From: Macrostomum lignano
Taxonomy: Eukaryota
Assembly: GCA_002269645.1 (NCBI GenBank)
Contig: NIVC01001125.1
Location: 1 to 26,701, forward strand
Direction of reading: 5' to 3'
Length of the DNA stretch: 26,701 nt
Shown here: piece by piece, positions 20,889 through 26,701 of the stretch
Numbering within the stretch: the first letter of the stretch is position 1
How the letters are laid out: every line of letters starts with the position of its first letter
The notes under the pieces: generated by a model
The model's input: only the letters and a program-made list of their open reading frames with translations
The model's database searches: none
Told to the model about the DNA's origin: nothing
Position numbers and translations under genes: made by a program

Positions 20889-22237
20889 CTAGAATTGTTT
20901 GTTTAAAGGAAACTTCGACTAAGTAGGGATTTAACTGGTTTTGAACATCAATGAGAAAATTTTTAGCATCAGCTATAGGAAATTCAAATTAAATAAAATA
21001 CTTTTCGTGCTACTTTTAGTAGGCCATTTTCATAGGCTGCAAAGCAATTAGCATGACATCCCGATGTAAACGGTACCTCTGCCAACAAGCGTCCCAGAGT
21101 CACTTGCGTCGCCCAAAGTCGTTGCCGGTGACAAGTAAAATATAAAATAAGCGACTTCAGAGTCTATACGACTCTAAAAAGACGAGATGTCACAGTAAAA
21201 GTCCATTAGAGGAGTATTATTGTCTGCGATTCAGGGACGACGCAAGTGAATATGACGCTCTACAGTGACTCTGGGGCAGTTGTGTTGCATCTGAGGCTTT
21301 TAAGAGTCGCTGTACAATCACCACCTAAAGAGCATTGCTTTGAAGTATAATAGTATTTCGCATCAATAACAACTCTATTCAATTGTCTACTTCAGTAAGT
21401 AGAAACTTAAGTGATAACACGACTCCTGGACGACTTTTTCACGACTCTTACAATTCTGCAACTAACGTGATGCCCTCGTGACTCAAAAGTAGCCTCTCCG
21501 TCGTATAGAGTCGTTTGAGTTGTAAAGAAGTCACAACAGTCGCCCTAGAGTTGCTACAGTCATTAGTGAGTTGTTTGCAATGCCACTTTAGCAATACTTG
21601 TCACGGTGCCGTGTCCAACTGGACCTATAACCGGCTCTTCGCGCACATGATACGAGTATATATCGGCACTGACTACGCAGTTTCAGAGAGTGCTTTGAAT
21701 AATCAATCTTTTTTTTTAATTCTTGTCACTGTTGATATATTTATTATATCTGTGACTGCGACTGGTTCAAGCAACTGCTGCAGCAGTGAAGCTATAATAT
21801 AGTGTTAATCGGTGAAATTCGCAGCTCCTTATTTCTATTAAATAATAAAATGCTTGTCGAAATTGCCACTAATGTATTGGACAGTGTTCCCTAAACGGCT
21901 CTCCTATGATTGATCCTAAAGCTTAAAGCTTAAAGTTTACAAATTTAGATATCTAGAAATACGTCAACAGAAGCGCAACATTTCAATCGATTGGGATTAA
22001 CGCAAAAATAAAGCGAAAGAAAGTTTTCTCAAACATCTGCAACGCTACGTAGTCCATATACTAGTAAAACTGGATAAACTCAAAAACTCATCAATTAGAA
22101 TGTTAGCGAACTACAAAATTGCTCCTCGATCAATTTGAATATCAACTAGAATGAAGATTACTATAATTATCTGCTTAAAAAGCAGTTGCGGTTATATTAA
22201 TTCAAGTATTTGAGGACCAATACCGGATGTAAACTGC

Positions 22238-22276
22238 TATAAATTCTATTGCATTTTATAACAAGCAACATCAGTT
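22238..22276 (+). promoter_or_regulatory. Possible TATA box plus initiator of the DEG/ENaC gene
   Basis: TATAAA at 22238 and TCAGTT at 22271, about 100 nt before the ATG; spacing slightly longer than canonical. Confidence 0.35.
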
Positions 22277-22374
22277 GTCAGAAACAGCTGCATCCAGTAT
22301 CTGCAGCTATTTTAACCATCAAGAATCTATTTTATAGCGTTATTTTTACGTTTTCGAAAAAACACTAAGGCAAA

Positions 22375-22864
22375 ATGCTCTGGAAGCAGCAGCCGCAGCA
22401 GCAGCAGCAGTCTGGAATTGCCGAGATAATACAAGAAAGTCTACGCAAATCGTCTATACGCGGCCTGCCAAGAATACTAGGCGCCAAGTCTCGCCTCATG
22501 CGCGGCTTTTGGACAGCTACAGTGTTAATATTGTTCGCCTGTCTGGCGCAGAACATACACAACTTAGTTGACTCTTACAGACGAGCCGACACAATAATTA
22601 ATACAAAACAGTGGACGTCGCAGGATAGACAGTTTCCAACTGTGACCATTTGCAATTTAAACCCATTTTCAGCATCGAATCGATTGGTAAAACAGAGAGG
22701 CAGCCTGACTCCATCAGAGTATAGAGACAGAGTCATTCACATGACAAAAGAGGCCAATAGACGAGGACTTATTGACAAGGAAGAGATGGACTTATACCAG
22801 GACGAGCTGCTCAATCTTAAAGCGTACTACGACAACATCGATGTCTACTTGAAGAAGTACATGG
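22375..22864 (+). CDS. DEG/ENaC (ASIC/FaNaC-like) channel subunit, exon 1
   Basis: SSIRGLPRI...FW.....L (pre-TM1/TM1) and FPTVTICNLNPF signature; donor G|GTAAGC. Confidence 0.92.
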
Positions 22865-22958
22865 GTAAGCAATTGATGTTATTTCAACCTACATGCAAAG
22901 TTAGTTTGCTATGGACGCTCTTAGTGAAGACAATATTGTACAATCGCACTTCACACAG

Positions 22959-23333
22959 AAAGCTATCCGCTGATCCTGTCAAAGAGTTGCAAAATCTATT
23001 ATCGCAAGGGCAACGTACGCAAAAGTCGAAAATGTGACAGCATCGAGAGAAGCTACGTATTTGACTATACCAACTGCTACTCTGTAAATGTCTACAGCAC
23101 AAAAGACGAACTAGTTGAGAAAGTTGTTATTAGCACTCTGACACACTCTGAGGACGAAGGCGTCAAGTGCAGTCGCTGCATAGTGGATAATCCGCAGTCT
23201 CTGAGACAAGGAGTTATAATGCATCTGCATCCGCACAATCAATACCCGCTGTACATTAAAGAGGGTCTGTACATAGCGCCTGGCACGCAAAATATTATTC
23301 AGGTGAAGCAACGAAAGTACAATCTTATCAAAG
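22959..23333 (+). CDS. DEG/ENaC channel subunit, exon 2
   Basis: Acceptor ttcacacag|AA (phase 1); open frame with TNCYS and GVIMHLHPHNQYP..KEGLYIAPG; donor G|GTAAGT. Confidence 0.9.
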
Positions 23334-23487
23334 GTAAGTTTGCAAGCTGCACCGATAATTTTAATGCTACTATGTATTGCCACAACATTGCTCTATCGCA
23401 TCAGTATAAAAAAAGTAAATTTGAAGAGACTCGTTGAATCCCTGCTATTTTTGTGATTTTACAATAACAAAATCTTCACTCTTACAG

Positions 23488-23926
23488 ACTGCAGCACGGA
23501 CCACCCAACCTGGGTGCATTTCTACGTTAACGACGCTAAAAAAAGTAGTCACCATACTAGAGAACTGTGCAGCACTATAGCTAAACACGCGGCGGTGAAA
23601 CGAGCTTGTAATTGTTCAATCGAAGCGTTTCCACATTTATCAGCTCGTAAAAATCAATACGATTCCTGCTACCAACAGAATCTTAGCTCTCCAGTTATCA
23701 ATACTAAACTATTAGACTGCGTAGCGGATATAGAAGGTCGGCATCATCAAACATGTGGATCAACAGCAGCTACGGAGGCCGACACAATTTCTGGGAAAAA
23801 CTGTGCGCGACCTTGTAACACCGAGGATTTCAGCGTTGCGCACACTTCAACACTAGGCGCAACAAAAGGCAGCGCGTTGGATATCTATCGGCACTATATT
23901 AGAGGTGTGGTTAATATACCTAGCAA
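23488..23926 (+). CDS. DEG/ENaC channel subunit, exon 3 (Cys-rich thumb)
   Basis: Acceptor ctcttacag|AC; encodes C...ACNC...C...C...C...CARPCNTEDF; donor AA|GTGAGT. Confidence 0.9.
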
Positions 23927-24029
23927 GTGAGTATTCAAGTGAAACTTGTTTTTTTAGTAATTATATAGACCTTCATAAGTGCAATGCAGAAATTTACAAA
24001 TTTGTAGACAGAATTTGTCTTTCATTCAC

Positions 24030-24570
24030 ACAGCAGTCTCTCGATCTCTGCCTTCATTCAAACTGTAGACTCTGGACCTCTGCCTTCATTCAGACTAGTC
24101 TCAGGATCTCTGCCTTAATTCAGACTGTAGTCTTAAGATCTATGCCTTCATTCAGACTGTAGTCTCAGGATCTCTGCCTTCATTCAGACTGTAGTCTCAG
24201 GATCTCTGCCTTCATTCAGACTGTAGTCTCAGGATCTCTGCCTTCATTCAGATTGTAGTCTCAGGATCTCTGCCTTCATTCAGACTGTAGTCTCAGGATC
24301 TCTACCTTCATTCAGACTGTAGTCTCAGGATCTCTGCCTTCATTCAGACTGTAGTCTCAGGATCTCTGCCTTCATTCAGACTGTAGTCTCAGGATCTCTG
24401 CCTTCATTCAGACTGTAGTCTTAAGATCTATGCCTTCATTCAGACTGTATTCTCTGGACTATGCCTTCAATAAGACTGTAGTCTCTGGATCTGTGCCTTC
24501 ATTCAGACTGTAGTCTCTGGATCTCTGCCTTCATTCAGACTGTAGTCTCTAGAGCTCTGCCTTCACTCAG
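24030..24570. repeat. 32-bp minisatellite TCTCTGCCTTCATTCAGACTGTAGTCTCAGGA in channel intron 3
   Basis: About 16 units, each containing the small inverted repeat AGACT-GT-AGTCT. Confidence 0.96.
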
Positions 24571-24699
24571 ATAGCATAAAAAATCAGTAGATTAGGGACT
24601 AGGTTAACTGTTAACACGATTTCCTAAAATATTTCCTGAAGACAGATTTTTTCAATGCCACTACATTTAGCGTCTTCATGACACGCATCTCTATACCAG

Positions 24700-25180
24700 A
24701 TTCCGAAGCATCTACGACGCAGCGCTGCTCGCCCGCGAGGCAAACAACGACACATTAGCCATGCAGCTCGTATCGAAGACGGATTATCTCGAGCGCAATT
24801 TTGCCACAATGGTACTGATGTACATACCAAATCATGCCAAAGTGTACACAGAAAGCTATTTATTAGATTCGGCTTCGTTTGTTAGTCAAGTCGGCGGAGC
24901 GATGGCGCTATTCAGCGGCATAACACTAATTTGCATTGCCGAAGTGTTCGAAGTTATTTACGATTTAATAGCTTACGCCTATTGGCGACATAAACTTGGT
25001 AGGCAAGGTGGAGTTCAAACTTCAATTACTACTAACGCGAGTAGTGCAACAACAGCAAGATCAGCAACTGGTAATAATGTTAGAATCATTCACGCCAATT
25101 TTAACTGTCACAATTCTACTAGCAATAATAACAGATTGTTGCGAGTGCCAGTTCAATTTAACAGATTGGACGAATTATAG
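24700..25180 (+). CDS. DEG/ENaC channel subunit, exon 4 (TM2 and C-terminus)
   Basis: Acceptor ctctataccag|A (phase 2); encodes FVSQVGGAMALFSGITLICIAEVFE (TM2); TAG at 25178-25180. The four exons total 1785 nt = 594 aa plus stop. Confidence 0.92.
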
Positions 25181-25305
25181 TTATTGTTTTTCTTTTCGCC
25201 GCGAAACGTCTCAAGCACCTGAGTCTGCATCGAATCTTGATGAATTAAAGCACACTTCACCTCTCTACACTATTATTGATTAGTTCCACATTGTTCAACC
25301 GTTTT

Positions 25306-25311
25306 AATAAA
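25306..25311 (+). terminator. Probable polyadenylation signal of the channel gene
   Basis: AATAAA 125 nt after the stop, followed by T-rich sequence. Confidence 0.6.
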
Positions 25312-25682
25312 ACTTCTTTAAAACATTACTTTATGTACTAACTTTTTGAATTTGTTAAACTGATGCATTCGAATTTGATACTCGTATTGTTTAAGACACT
25401 GTAGCTGTTTTCATCAAAAAATAATAAAATTTGTGTCCTATTGAACGTTACTATTTGCAGTTGTATACCGCGTTTCCTTGAAACTACGTTTTTTTACTCA
25501 CGATATATTATTATAATACTATAAATGCCTTACATGCCTAACTACGAGCTATTTAACACGAAACGAATGCAAATACTTGATTCTGATTTCATGCTAGTAC
25601 ATCATAGCTAATCTAAGTTTTCACACTTTTTCTGATAGTGCTTACCATAATCCATAACAACGGTGCACGAGTGTAGTGTAGT

Positions 25683-25835
25683 GGGAAAGAAGAGAGGGGG
25701 GAGGGAGGAAGAGGGGAAGAGGAGAGGAAAGCGGAGAGGGAAGGTGGAGAGGGGACGAAGATGGGGAGAGGGAAGAAGATGAGAGGGGAGGAAGAAGGGG
25801 AGACGGGGGGAAGGCGGAGAGGAAAGAATGGTGGA
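25683..25835. repeat. GA-rich polypurine low-complexity tract (pyrimidine-rich in the BRPF pre-mRNA)
   Basis: Mostly G/A on the + strand, starting about 20 nt into the intron after the donor at 25856. Confidence 0.85.
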
Positions 25836-25856
25836 GACAGAAGGCCAAACACTCAC

Positions 25857-26497
25857 CCGATAAACTCGGTGAAAACGGTGTCACCAACTCCGCCGGCAGA
25901 GTCGCGCGCCTTCAGCATCGCTGTGACTTTCCTCCTCTTTGAATAGTCGGTTATTAGTCGCGTCAGCGGATGAAATGGGCGAGGTTGCGGCCAGCGGCGG
26001 CGGCGGCAGAGCAACTGCTGCCAAGTCGGCCAGTACGCCTCGGCTGATGACGTTGCGCCGTAGTCGGAGTTGACGTTGTCGACGCAGAATCCTGAGATAT
26101 CGATCGGCGAGTCAACGGCCTTGTCGGAGACGCAGTCGGCGAGGATTGTCGAATTATTGGTCGGCGCCAATTGCCACCGATGCAGGCCAGTCTCCGAATC
26201 GTAATCGGCCGCTGATTCGGCTGCCAGAGCGTCGCTAAACAGAGACTGCGATCTGGATTGCAGCCGATTAGCGGCCCGACAATAGATACTGTCTTTGCGA
26301 TTGAATGCGTGGCAGTTAGCCAGCATTAAATCAAAGTCTGAGCGATATTCGGCCACGCTGGCGTACTGATTGCACTCGATTTTTGATAGCATAGTTGAAA
26401 AATCCATTGGCGTTTGATGGCCTCGCGATAGGCCGGCAAATCGACTGGTTCGGCACAATATGCGCTGAGTGTCCAGCTCGGTTAGGGCCGAGTGAAG
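25857..26497 (-). CDS. BRPF1: BRPF/peregrin family protein, bromodomain exon (contains apparent indels; upstream exons lie outside the window)
   Basis: PMDFSTM..KIE...Y......DFDLM..NC..FN.KDSIY.RAA.RL...DSETGLH matches the BRPF bromodomain and the following DFETGMH motif. Donor GG|GTGAGT is in phase with the PWWP exon. Acceptor ccgccgcag|CTT is inferred. Confidence 0.85.
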
Positions 26498-26701
26498 CTG
26501 CGGCGGCGGATGAGGGAGGGTTGGGAGACGGTTGGTTATTGACATTGGGGCTGCTGCTCTGATGCGATTATAGAATGGGTATAGGGAGATTATCACTAGG
26601 TCAGGTCGCCATTTTTACAGGTTGGGATTATAAACCGAGATTATCTATAGGGTGAGACTATCTATTACAGGGTAAGGCTATCTATTGCAAAGGCGAGATA
26701 A

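Noticed and set aside
23334-23437. Extension of channel exon 2 (GKFASCTDNF...)
   Set aside because: It begins at a consensus GTAAGT donor, and the phase-1 join to exon 3 gives a continuous ORF, whereas read-through stops at 23437.
11750-24570. CRISPR-like appearance of the 35-, 52-, 31- and 32-bp partly palindromic repeats
   Set aside because: Units are head-to-tail with no unique spacers, there are no cas genes, and the context is eukaryotic introns.
25608-25946. Pro/Ser/Leu-rich and Gly/Glu-rich ORFs
   Set aside because: Translations of the GA-rich low-complexity tract just inside the BRPF intron.
1-26701. tRNA, rRNA, transposase or reverse-transcriptase genes
   Set aside because: No cloverleaf, rRNA motif or mobile-element protein motif was recognised; small snoRNA- or miRNA-type genes cannot be excluded without a covariance-model search.

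Overview
Eukaryotic (animal) genomic DNA, not prokaryotic. GC-rich spliced exons are separated by introns and spacers that are largely filled with short-unit tandem repeats. This architecture suggests a lophotrochozoan, plausibly a Macrostomum-like flatworm (inference only). Three co-oriented minus-strand housekeeping genes were reconstructed by hand from splice sites and reading phase: the 3' part of a BRPF/peregrin gene (bromodomain exon and PWWP exon), a ~924-aa SMG8 NMD factor (5 exons) and a ~568-aa SLC33A1 acetyl-CoA transporter. A complete 4-exon, 594-aa DEG/ENaC-family channel gene is nested on the plus strand inside the last BRPF intron. About 20 tandem arrays are present, including a >3.1-kb GGAGA tract. 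Main points of interest: a possible SL-trans-spliced operon in which SMG8 has no in-frame ATG of its own; minisatellites that appear to supply splice acceptors or a GC-box promoter; a nested channel with altered HG and GAS motifs; compensating frameshifts in the bromodomain; and a possible unannotated spliced plus-strand transcript at 3.2-6.1 kb. Most short ORFs in the supplied track are repeat artefacts. Repeat boundaries are approximate.
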